Below are positions 17,412-26,591 of a DNA stretch of 27,504 bases, in pieces (position 1 is the first letter of the stretch; each line of letters starts with the position of its first letter). The notes below the pieces were generated by a model. It did not search any database and was not told the origin of the DNA. It worked only from the letters and a program-made list of their open reading frames with translations. The stretch comes from Promethearchaeota archaeon (GTDB lineage Archaea > Asgardarchaeota > Lokiarchaeia > Sigyniarchaeales > SOKP01), in NCBI GenBank assembly GCA_048939015.1, contig JBHLPW010000063.1:1-27504 (forward strand), given 5' to 3'. A program made the translations under genes and the position numbers.

Positions 17412-18884
17412 TTATTTTCTAATTTCTTGAATTTGATCAAATATATTATCGAAACGTTGTCTTATTGATCCATATAACCCTTCTTCTTCTGATACGATTG
17501 AATTAATTGCTGTTTTTAATCCATAATGACTTTCTGAAATTAATATTCGGATTGGTAAGGTAAGGATATCATTAATTATCATTAGTAATTCTTGGAGAAT
17601 ATTAATAATTTGAGGAACTTGCTCACGAGTTCTGTCGATTGTAGAAGCTTCAGATGAAATTAAACCATTTTCACGTTCTTGTTTTAGTTCTTCCCAAACA
17701 TTTTCTTTTAATTCAGAAAAATCAATTCCTAGGTCTTCTAAAGCCATCTGAGCACCCTCAAATATATAATTGATTGTGTCTTTGCCAGTAAAAAGCTTGA
17801 TATTTTCTACCATTTCTGATGGTGCTATTTGATCAAGAAAGCTTACTAATAAAGCATTATAATCTCTTACGACATCAAGTGGGATAAATAATAAAGTCAT
17901 TTCTTTAAGTTGTTTAAAAATATACCCAAAAATTTTAGCAATCCAATCATTCTTAAATCCTTTCTCTAATAATCCACCAAGTTCATTTAGAAGATGAATT
18001 CCGAAATATCCTATTATTCGAATCATATCATCTTCATAATTTCGAAAGTAATCAAAGAAATGCTCTGGTTCCATATTCATCTTATCTCTAATAATATCAG
18101 AAACTCGTCTTTTTATATTTTCTAATGGTTCATCAAGATATTCGTCCAATTTATCAATTGAAAGCACATCTTGGAGTTTATCTATAATATCAAGTTTTGT
18201 TTCTTGTACTATGTCTTCTTCCTCTAAACTTTCTTCAAAGTAAAGACCTGTTGATTTCCTTTCTTTATTCCTAGAGTCCATTAGTTTTGCCCAGTCTTTA
18301 TAATCATGAATTTTACAAATAAATTTAAGACTATCACCACCCTTAGCTATGCATTCTTGCTCTATGATTTGGATTCTATAATCATTCCTTTTTATTCTTA
18401 AGATGAAGTTAGCTACACTTTCTAACATGCCACATAATCCACAAGCTAAACCTTCTGATCTCTCATCTTTTAGTTTTTTGAAATCAAAAGTGTCCTCCTC
18501 ATCATTGCCATATCCAGCACAGATTGGACAATTTTTTATATTTAAGACATAATCATTATATTTTGATTCCTTCTTAGGAATTTCTTCATAAGTATAATCA
18601 TCTAATTCTCTTCCAAAAACAACAACCCATAGAATTTCAAAATATTCTAAAACCTTTTTTGGATTTCCAGGCATAAATTTAAATATACTTGAATGTCGTT
18701 CACATGATTCATAAGCTGATCTTTTTCCAATTTCTCGGAGAACTATAAGGCTCTCGTCTTCATTATTTGTAATTTGATTAACCTCTTTCAGAATTTCTCT
18801 ATAGAGAAGCGTATAAAATAAGGCATTAGTCGAACGTCCAAAAACTTTAGTAATTTTTTTCATTAACCATTGGAATGCTCCCAA
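17412..18884 (-). CDS. Bet3/TRAPPC3-V4R-like domain protein with a long helical C-terminal region
   Basis: The N-terminal ~195 aa parallel Bet3/V4R-fold elements: LFYTLLYREILKEV..NEDESLIVLREIGKRSA, LWVVVFGRELD, YVLNIKNCPIC, LACGLCGMLESV, EQECIAKGGDSLKF. Confidence 0.65.
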   Translation of the reverse strand: MGAFQWLMKKITKVFGRSTNALFYTLLYREILKEVNQITNNEDESLIVLREIGKRSAYESCERHSSIFKFMPGNPKKVLEYFEILWVVVFGRELDDYTYEEIPKKESKYNDYVLNIKNCPICAGYGNDEEDTFDFKKLKDERSEGLACGLCGMLESVANFILRIKRNDYRIQIIEQECIAKGGDSLKFICKIHDYKDWAKLMDSRNKERKSTGLYFEESLEEEDIVQETKLDIIDKLQDVLSIDKLDEYLDEPLENIKRRVSDIIRDKMNMEPEHFFDYFRNYEDDMIRIIGYFGIHLLNELGGLLEKGFKNDWIAKIFGYIFKQLKEMTLLFIPLDVVRDYNALLVSFLDQIAPSEMVENIKLFTGKDTINYIFEGAQMALEDLGIDFSELKENVWEELKQERENGLISSEASTIDRTREQVPQIINILQELLMIINDILTLPIRILISESHYGLKTAINSIVSEEEGLYGSIRQRFDNIFDQIQEIRK

Positions 18885-18886
18885 AT

Positions 18887-19450
18887 TTATCCCTCACTTC
18901 TGATTTTATATTTAAATATTTGAATACAAGACTTATCACCATAAGCTTTGGATTCATAAACTTTATATGGTGTTAAATTAATTGATGACGGTTCATATGA
19001 TTCCTTATTTATGAGGGATATGAATTCAGAAACAAACCCAAGTAATATTTCACAGCCAGCTATTTCGACATCACTATAATGATACTTACATAATGCGCAT
19101 TTATAATCTTGAACTTTAATTTCTCTTTGAGATTCATTGATATCTAATGACACTACACTATTCAAAACTTTTTGATATATAGTTGATATAACATCCTTAA
19201 TGTTATTGATCGTAACAATATTGGTAGGTTTCCAATAGTTAATGTAAGTCTTTGCAATGTTTTGTCCCATTCTTCTTAAATTATCCTTTGAATCGCTTAT
19301 TCCATTTTTGTCCAATAATCTTATTAGTATATATATGGCATTTCTCATTTGATTCATCGTTGCATCTGTTTGTATCAACTCTTTCCTTGAAAAATTCATT
19401 TTTTTTTTTCCAATCTCATATTTAATTAAATATTGAAAAAATTTCATCAA
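18887..19450 (-). CDS. Stand-alone Bet3/V4R-like protein
   Basis: NLRRMGQNIA (cf. Bet3 QLDKMGxNIG), IKVQDYKCALC, GCEILLGFVSEFI and ESKAYGDKSCIQIF. The real start may be the ATG at 19399. Its stop is 2 nt before the next gene's start. Confidence 0.65.
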   Translation of the reverse strand: MMKFFQYLIKYEIGKKKMNFSRKELIQTDATMNQMRNAIYILIRLLDKNGISDSKDNLRRMGQNIAKTYINYWKPTNIVTINNIKDVISTIYQKVLNSVVSLDINESQREIKVQDYKCALCKYHYSDVEIAGCEILLGFVSEFISLINKESYEPSSINLTPYKVYESKAYGDKSCIQIFKYKIRSEG

Positions 19451-19609
19451 ATAAAAAATTTTTATGTCTTTACATAGATTATTAGTATGAAATCTAAATT
19501 ATAATTAAGTGAAGATATAAAATTAATAGTGATCCTTTCTAATATCGATATACAGATAGAAATTAAGATTAAAAAGAAGAATCGTATTTTTTATTAGATA
19601 ATTATTTAA

Positions 19610-19966
19610 TTACATTTTACTAACAACTTCTCTAAGAACTTGTTCTCCCGCAGCACCTACCATTATACCGTTTCGAACAAGTAACTGACCTTGAATCTCG
19701 ATTGGATGATTTAAAAGTTCACCATTATTGAAGAAAAGAAGAGTGGGTATAGCTGTAATACCAAATTTTTCGCCTAATGGTCTATTTTTATCAAGATCTT
19801 CCTTTAATAACTCAATTAAACCTTCCTCTTTTAATTTTTCTAATATTGGACTTAAAAATCGACAGGGCCCACACCAAGTTGTATAAACATCTATGATAAC
19901 TTTGCCCTGCTTCATACTTTCTGTAATTTCAAGACCAAATTCTTTTAATTCTTCAATATTCGTCAT
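19610..19966 (-). CDS. trxA: Thioredoxin
   Basis: VIIDVYTTWCGPCR active site and FGITAIPTLLFFNNG cis-Pro loop. Confidence 0.9.
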   Translation of the reverse strand: MTNIEELKEFGLEITESMKQGKVIIDVYTTWCGPCRFLSPILEKLKEEGLIELLKEDLDKNRPLGEKFGITAIPTLLFFNNGELLNHPIEIQGQLLVRNGIMVGAAGEQVLREVVSKM

Positions 19967-20208
19967 TTCTTCTCAATTTTTAAATTATTTGCTTTATAGT
20001 TAGTTTTTAATATTATTGTGGAAATAAATATTTGATTCTTTTTATTAATTTCAATTCCAATTTAAAAAATAATTTATTATTAAGACTCTTAAAAGAAGTT
20101 TTATTCAAGGAATAAGATTTCAAAGATAAAGTAAATTTAGAAAAGAATTAATTTTAAAATCGACAATAAGTTATACTAGATAATATTAAGATAAACTGAT
20201 TATTTCAA

Positions 20209-20712
20209 ATGGCAACTATAGATTTTAATTTCAGAAACCAAATTCTGGGTAATGATATTGGTAATACCTTAGCATATTGTTATCAGTGTGCGACTTGTAG
20301 CGGTGCGTGTCCTGTAGCACAAGTAACTGAAGGTAGATATAACCCAAGACGCTTAATTTTAGATGCTTTATTAGGACTTAAAGAGAAAATTTTTGGTCCA
20401 GATAATTCCTTTAATATTTGGGGTTGTACTGTATGTGACACGTGTGATGAAGTTTGTCCTCAGAAGGTCGAACTTACAGAAATTTTTACAATTCTAAAAA
20501 ACATGAGTGTTGAGAGAGGTGAAGCTCCTGCTCACTATACCGGTCAAGCATCAACAGTATTGGAACATGGCAAAGCTATCCCTATGCAACCTGCAATAGA
20601 AAGAAGACGCACGCAATTAGGTCTACCAGCGATTATGACTCCTGATATAAAAGAAGTAAAAAAGTTGTTAGAAACGACAAAATTAAATGAAAAACTCCCA
20701 AAAACTGAATAA
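20209..20712 (+). CDS. hdrC: Heterodisulfide reductase subunit C-like 2x[4Fe-4S] protein
   Basis: CYQCATCSGACP, YNPRRLI, IWGCTVCDTCDEVCPQKV and RRRTQLGLP. Confidence 0.87.
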   Translation: MATIDFNFRNQILGNDIGNTLAYCYQCATCSGACPVAQVTEGRYNPRRLILDALLGLKEKIFGPDNSFNIWGCTVCDTCDEVCPQKVELTEIFTILKNMSVERGEAPAHYTGQASTVLEHGKAIPMQPAIERRRTQLGLPAIMTPDIKEVKKLLETTKLNEKLPKTE

Positions 20713-20843
20713 TCATTTCATATTTCTTTTTACTGTAATTTAATTTTTTAATTTTAGTTAGAATTTTATAGATTTATTCTATAATTGAATTATAACGAAA
20801 ATTTATATCTTAGATTTATAAAAAATTTTGAAGGTGGAAGACA

Positions 20844-21614
20844 TTGCGAAGACCTATTATTGGTGGAAATTGGAAAATGAATCGAGGTACTCCCGATGAA
20901 TCAAAAGAAATGCTAGAATGTTTAATTCCTTTGGTAAAAGGAATTACAAATGTTGATATAGTAATTGCAGCACCTTATACAGTACTTACTGAAGCTTATA
21001 AAACTTTAAAGGGTACTAATATTAAGTTAGGGGCACAAAACATGTATTTTGAGGATCATGGAGCGTATACAGGAGAGATATCGCCTAAATTTTTGAAAGA
21101 AATAGGTGTTGAATATATAATTCTTGGTCATAGTGAGAGAAGGGATATTTTTAAAGAATCAGATGCGTTGATTAATAAAAAACTTAAAAAAGCGTTATCT
21201 ATTAATTTAAATCCCATAGTGTGTATAGGTGAACATCTGGAAGAGAGAGAAACAGGAAAAACTAAGGAAATTATTGAATATCAAATTAGTGAAACATTTA
21301 AAGGCCTTACAAGTATGGAAATGCGGAAAATAATAATAGCTTATGAGCCAATCTGGGCAATAGGAACGGGAAAGACAGCAACTCCAGAACAAGCAGAAGA
21401 AATACATGTTTTTATACGAGAAATATTTAAAAGAAAATTTGATTTGGAGACGGCTAACTTAATAAGAATACAATATGGTGGATCTATTAAACCTAATAAT
21501 GCAGAAGACTTGTTTAATAAAGAAAATATTGATGGAGGTTTAGTTGGGGGTGCTTCACTTCAGGCAGATTCTTTAAATCAGATAATCAGGGCTGCCGATA
21601 AATCAATTAGATAG
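20844..21614 (+). CDS. tpiA: Triosephosphate isomerase (bacterial/eukaryal dimeric type)
   Basis: GGNWKMN, GAQN, GAYTGEIS, ILGHSERR, IAYEPIWAIGTG, YGGSIK and DGGLVGGASL. Confidence 0.97.
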   Translation: MRRPIIGGNWKMNRGTPDESKEMLECLIPLVKGITNVDIVIAAPYTVLTEAYKTLKGTNIKLGAQNMYFEDHGAYTGEISPKFLKEIGVEYIILGHSERRDIFKESDALINKKLKKALSINLNPIVCIGEHLEERETGKTKEIIEYQISETFKGLTSMEMRKIIIAYEPIWAIGTGKTATPEQAEEIHVFIREIFKRKFDLETANLIRIQYGGSIKPNNAEDLFNKENIDGGLVGGASLQADSLNQIIRAADKSIR

Positions 21615-22475
21615 AATTTTATTAAAAGCGGAAGTGAGCTTTGCAGGAAATTCACCAAAATAACTTTGGGGATCCGCAAAGAGTAAATAAAAATATGGTT
21701 CGAATAATACATTCTCAACTGTGGGTCCTACATCTGATTTAATAATACATACTTGAATGGACTCTCCGGAAAAAAAAGACTGTCTATAAATCCACTCCAA
21801 AGGAGGTATTTCAGGTATATATCCGATATGTCTTAAAATATGATACACGTTCTCTAATGAATATTTTTTTCCAAAAGCGACAATTGGTGAAAGGTCAAAT
21901 GAGGTAATACAAATTCCCCATAATCCATAATTTTTCATTTCACTCAAAAAATCATTTGCCAGGTGTTTAATTTCATTTTGATGCTTCGATATAATCTTTC
22001 GTGCATTCGAATCTGTTAATATGTCGATAATTTTATTTTCTTCACTTCTATGTATATTATCAGCAGAATCAAGAGGTATTTTAGTATTGATAAAATTAGT
22101 ATAGATAAGTTTTATCTTTTCTCGAACAGATTTGTGTAATAAAAAAGTTTCCGATTGAGCTGTTATTAGCACATCCCCATGTAATTTTTCTTCATTATCA
22201 GTATTATTGGTTTTTTGCTTTTCTATTTTAGACTTAAATTCAAGTATTTCAATTTTTTTATCGATATTTCGGGCAAATTCAAAAAGTGCTGATATTAGTC
22301 CTGCAGTAAGGTCAAATTTTGATTCTTGACTAAGTTGTTCTTTGATTGTGGGCAGGTTTTTCGAAAAATCGAAAAATCTAAGAAATAATTTCACACCTTC
22401 CGGTATATCTTTTATAACTATGTTAAAATAAGGAAATCCCGTAGTAGATATAATACTAAGTTCGTAAATAGTCAT
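21603..22475 (-). CDS. Hypothetical protein with a longin-like N-terminal domain and a possible second roadblock/profilin/longin-like domain
   Basis: MTIYELSIISTTGFPYF...DLTAGLISALFEFARNI..IEILEF resembles the longin beta1-beta2-alpha1 pattern. The C-terminal GLWGICITSFDLSPIVAFG repeats a beta-hairpin start. The 3' end overlaps tpiA by 12 nt. Confidence 0.55.
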   Translation of the reverse strand: MTIYELSIISTTGFPYFNIVIKDIPEGVKLFLRFFDFSKNLPTIKEQLSQESKFDLTAGLISALFEFARNIDKKIEILEFKSKIEKQKTNNTDNEEKLHGDVLITAQSETFLLHKSVREKIKLIYTNFINTKIPLDSADNIHRSEENKIIDILTDSNARKIISKHQNEIKHLANDFLSEMKNYGLWGICITSFDLSPIVAFGKKYSLENVYHILRHIGYIPEIPPLEWIYRQSFFSGESIQVCIIKSDVGPTVENVLFEPYFYLLFADPQSYFGEFPAKLTSAFNKILSN

Positions 22476-22590
22476 TCGTTCTAAATTCTTATATATTGAA
22501 ATTTTAATAAATTTTTTAATCTTAAGTTAATAAAATCATGGAGAATTTGATAATTTTTACATATTCAAAAAAAATAAGTCATAGTAATAT

Positions 22591-25380
22591 TTAAGAGATT
22601 ACAATTGCAGGTTTACCGGGGAGTGCGTGAATTGCTTTTTTCTCAACGGAATCTTTTTCAAAATTAATTGATACTTTAGATTGGAATTTTCTTTCGATTA
22701 TTGGAGTAATTTCATTAAAAAATTTAAATTCTTCTTCTGACGTAAGGGTAAATTTTGGATATTTTCCGATTTTTTTCAATATTTTACCAACTGTTTGGCT
22801 AACAAATTTTCCATAGTTTTTAAAAATGCTATCGTGCATCAATTTTTTTATAATTTCACCTTGATTCTTATTATCTTCCAGTAATGACATTAATTTACTG
22901 TAGAACTTCAATTTCCAATGATCGGCGATAATTATTGAAATTTTTTCTAGATTCTCTTTTTTCATAGCCATTTTTATTTTGTTAATATCATCAATAATAT
23001 TCTTCATTAAATTCCATTTATGATCTAATTCTTGTGTCAACAGTTTATCATCATAAAATGGCCATAATGCCAAGCTAACGTATCCTTCTCCATCACTTAG
23101 TTCCCAGAGTTCTTCTGTCATATGAGGTGCTATCGGGTGAAGTAATAGAATTAGTTTTTTCTTACATTCTTCGAAAAACTCGTTATTAATTCCCTCACTT
23201 CTGTATGCAACCAATTCAGCTACGAATTGGATTAAATTATTAACAGCATTCCTTATTGCTAGCTTATCCATATTTTCAGTAAAATCTTTTATTGTTTTAT
23301 TTAAATAATATTTAATCAATGTATCTCGAATTGTAGTAGTATCACGTACGTTCTCTTCTACTTCGGTAAGCAAAAAAAAGGTATTCTTTAAGAATTTAAA
23401 GGCATAATCAACTCCTTCATCAGACCATTCTAAACCTGATGAGGGACTTGCACCAAATAATATGAAGAATCGTGCAGCATCTGCTCCATACTTTTCAATA
23501 ATTTCCCCTGGATTTATAGTATTTCCATAACTTTTACTCATTTTTACTGATTTTTCAATTAGATTTGTATTTCCACATTTTCTGCATGCCATTTTCTTTA
23601 GATCTGCTTTCATCAAAAATACATTACAGTTAGGACAATAAGGTTGAGTTTTATTAATCATCCCTTGGGTGAGCAAAGCTTGAAATGGTTCGTTAAATTT
23701 GTGTAAACCAAGATCTCGAGCAACTTTCGTAAAAAACCTTGCATAGATAAGATGCATAATTGCATGTTCAATCCCTCCAATGTATTGATCGACATTACCC
23801 CAATAATTTACAATATCCTTGTTATAAGGAAAATCTGCTTCTAGAGAAGGAGGATCACAAAATGCAAAAAAATACCAAGAACTATCAATAAAAGTATCCA
23901 TTGTATCTGTTTCACGTTTGGCATTTTTATTGCATTTGGGACATTTTGTGTTAATAAAGCTTTCACTTGATTCTAGCGGATTTCCAGTTCCTGTAAAAGA
24001 AACATCCGTTGGTAAATAAACAGGTAAATCTTTATATGGTACAGGAACCATTCCACATTTTTCGCAATATATAACTGGAATTGGGCACCCCCAATAGCGT
24101 TGACGTGAGATACCCCAATCTCTTAGCTTATAATTGATTGTAGCATATCCCATATCCATTTCCTTTAATTTTTTAGAAATAGCATTGATAGCAGATCGAT
24201 TTTCCATTCCATTAAATTCTCCTGAATTCACAAGCATACCATCACTTTCATATGCTCTATTCATTTTAGAAACATTTAATTGATAATTATGCGGTTGAAT
24301 TACAATTTTAATGGGAATATTATATTCCTTAGCGAATTCAAAATCCCTTTGATCATGTGCAGGTACTGCCATAACCGCACCTGCTCCGTATTCATAAATA
24401 ACGAAATTACCAATATATACAGGTAATTTTTCATTATTGATTGGGTTTAAGGCAAATTTTCCGATGAACATACCTTTTTTCTCAATCTCTATGTCAGTTC
24501 TTTCAAATTTATTCTGGTGCATAACTTCATCATAAAATTTATTGAAAGGATTCTCATATTCCGTTCCTTTCACCCATTCTCGAACCCATGGATGTTCTGG
24601 GGCAAAGACCATAAAGGTAACGCCAAATAATGTATCAGGTCTGGTTGTAAATATATCTATGGTTTTGTTTTCTCCAATAATTGGGAATTTTATGATTGTA
24701 CCTTTTGATTTTCCTATCCAATTTTGTTGCATAATTTTTACTTTCTCAGGCCAATCAACAATATTTAATCCATCCAGTAATTCTTCTGCATAAGCTCTTA
24801 TTTTAAGGAACCATTGTTTCAGAAACTTTTGATCAACGATAGAGTTACATCTCCAACATTTTCCTCCTTGAGCTTGCTCGTTAGCTAAAACAGTAGTACA
24901 TTTTGGGCACCAATTAACATAACTTTCTTGTCTATATGCTAAATTCTTTTCTAGCATCTTTAGGAAAAACCACTGATCCCATTTATAAAAATTAGGATTA
25001 TGACTAAATATTTCTCTTGTCCAATCGTACGAAAGTCCAATCCTTTTTTGTTGATTTTTCATAGTTTCGATGTTAGTATTGGTCCATTCTTCTGGATTAG
25101 CCCCGTGATCAATAGCAGCATTTTCTGCGGGCATTCCAAACGAATCATAACCCATAGGATAAAGAACATTGAATCCATTCATTCTTTTAAACCTAGCATA
25201 ACAATCTCCGATGGTATAATTTCTCAAGTGTCCCATATGTAGTTTACCAGAAGGGTAGGGGTACATCTCTAAGACATAATATTTTGGCTTTTTATTATCC
25301 ACTTTAACTTCAAAGATTTTATCTTTTTCCCATTTTTGTTGCCATTTCTTTTCTATTTTTTTAGCATTATATTCACTCAT
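22591..25380 (-). CDS. leuS: Leucine--tRNA ligase (bacterial-type catalytic core, archaeal-like C-terminus)
   Basis: YYVLEMYPYPSGKLHMGH (HIGH), editing domain IFTTRPDT and GAVMAVPAHDQRD, LRDWGISRQRYWG, TDTMDTF, YIGGIEHA, KMSKS. Confidence 0.96.
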   Translation of the reverse strand: MSEYNAKKIEKKWQQKWEKDKIFEVKVDNKKPKYYVLEMYPYPSGKLHMGHLRNYTIGDCYARFKRMNGFNVLYPMGYDSFGMPAENAAIDHGANPEEWTNTNIETMKNQQKRIGLSYDWTREIFSHNPNFYKWDQWFFLKMLEKNLAYRQESYVNWCPKCTTVLANEQAQGGKCWRCNSIVDQKFLKQWFLKIRAYAEELLDGLNIVDWPEKVKIMQQNWIGKSKGTIIKFPIIGENKTIDIFTTRPDTLFGVTFMVFAPEHPWVREWVKGTEYENPFNKFYDEVMHQNKFERTDIEIEKKGMFIGKFALNPINNEKLPVYIGNFVIYEYGAGAVMAVPAHDQRDFEFAKEYNIPIKIVIQPHNYQLNVSKMNRAYESDGMLVNSGEFNGMENRSAINAISKKLKEMDMGYATINYKLRDWGISRQRYWGCPIPVIYCEKCGMVPVPYKDLPVYLPTDVSFTGTGNPLESSESFINTKCPKCNKNAKRETDTMDTFIDSSWYFFAFCDPPSLEADFPYNKDIVNYWGNVDQYIGGIEHAIMHLIYARFFTKVARDLGLHKFNEPFQALLTQGMINKTQPYCPNCNVFLMKADLKKMACRKCGNTNLIEKSVKMSKSYGNTINPGEIIEKYGADAARFFILFGASPSSGLEWSDEGVDYAFKFLKNTFFLLTEVEENVRDTTTIRDTLIKYYLNKTIKDFTENMDKLAIRNAVNNLIQFVAELVAYRSEGINNEFFEECKKKLILLLHPIAPHMTEELWELSDGEGYVSLALWPFYDDKLLTQELDHKWNLMKNIIDDINKIKMAMKKENLEKISIIIADHWKLKFYSKLMSLLEDNKNQGEIIKKLMHDSIFKNYGKFVSQTVGKILKKIGKYPKFTLTSEEEFKFFNEITPIIERKFQSKVSINFEKDSVEKKAIHALPGKPAIVIS

Positions 25381-25563
25381 AAAGATTTACCAGTTTCTTT
25401 AAAAATTTGGGGAAGATATTTATATTTAATATTTTAATAATTGATTCAATAAATTTTTTTTGTAGATAAATATATCCTGATATTTCTTATAAGAAACTTC
25501 ATTATAATGATTATACATACTTATAATTCGAAGGAATAAAACTTAATTTTTCATCCTTTTTTA

Positions 25564-26574
25564 GTGAAACTTGTGACAATAGAAAAAATAAGAGTGTCTG
25601 TAGGGAGTGCTTCCGTATTAGGATTAGGTAAGATTGCGAAGTTTAAAGATCCTCCAACAACTTGTTATATAATGACTTATAAAGATGGCCATTGTATCGC
25701 AAATTGTGGTTTTTGCCCACAAGCACGTTCATCAAACAGTCCAGAAGAGATGCTTTCGAGAGTTAATTGGCCTATATATGTTTTCCAGGATTTTTTGTCC
25801 AGATTAAAGTATCTTAAGTCATCCAAAAAGTTTAAAAGAATATGTATTCAGACCCTTAACTATCCTGAAAATTTCACAGATCTAATAGAAATCGTTACTC
25901 AGATAAAACATAATACAGATATTCCAATTTCAGTTGCTATACCTCCTATGTCGAAAGAAAAACTAAAAAAATTGAATACTATTGGGGTGGAGAGGGCAGG
26001 TATAGCTTTAGATGGTGCCACTCCTAAAGTTTTTGATAAAGTTAAGGGAACTGATGTAAATGGACCATATAGATGGGATCAACATATTGAAAAGCTAATT
26101 GAAGCATTAACAATATTCTCAGAAGGATTTGTCAGTACTCATATTATAATTGGAATAGGAGAAACTGAAAAAGAGGTAATCGAACGAATTTTTGAACTTA
26201 ATAGGCTGAAAATACTTGTTTCTCTGTTTGCTTTTACTCCAATAAAAGGCACTAGATTTGAAAGTAGACACCAACCACCTCTATTAAGTTTTAGAAAATT
26301 ACAACTTGGAAGGTATCTAGTTGTTAATGAAGATAAAGAATTAAAAGATTTTACTTTTAATATGAAGGGAAACATTATTAATTTTAATATCAATAAAAGA
26401 GAATTACAAAATATAGTCTATAATACTGATGCTTTTTTGACTTCTGGGTGTCCTGGTTGTAATCGCCCATATTACACTTCCAAACCATCAGGTCCTATCT
26501 ATAATTACCCGAGAATGCTAAATGAAAATGAAAAACAAGAAATCTATAAATTATTGATTAATGAAGTAAATTAA
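25564..26574 (+). CDS. lipS2: Radical SAM lipoyl synthase subunit LipS2-like
   Basis: CIANCGFCPQAR (Cx3Cx2C), LSRVNWP and a C-terminal TSGCPGCNRP matching the TxGCPxC(N/D)RP motif of LipS2. Adjacent to a lipoate ligase. Confidence 0.8.
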   Translation: MKLVTIEKIRVSVGSASVLGLGKIAKFKDPPTTCYIMTYKDGHCIANCGFCPQARSSNSPEEMLSRVNWPIYVFQDFLSRLKYLKSSKKFKRICIQTLNYPENFTDLIEIVTQIKHNTDIPISVAIPPMSKEKLKKLNTIGVERAGIALDGATPKVFDKVKGTDVNGPYRWDQHIEKLIEALTIFSEGFVSTHIIIGIGETEKEVIERIFELNRLKILVSLFAFTPIKGTRFESRHQPPLLSFRKLQLGRYLVVNEDKELKDFTFNMKGNIINFNINKRELQNIVYNTDAFLTSGCPGCNRPYYTSKPSGPIYNYPRMLNENEKQEIYKLLINEVN

Positions 26575-26591
26575 AAGTACAATGTAAGAAA

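Noticed and set aside
19610-20843. Possible selenoprotein or SECIS around thioredoxin/hdrC
   Set aside because: Both ORFs use Cys at all expected positions with no in-frame TGA, and no convincing SECIS hairpin was seen.
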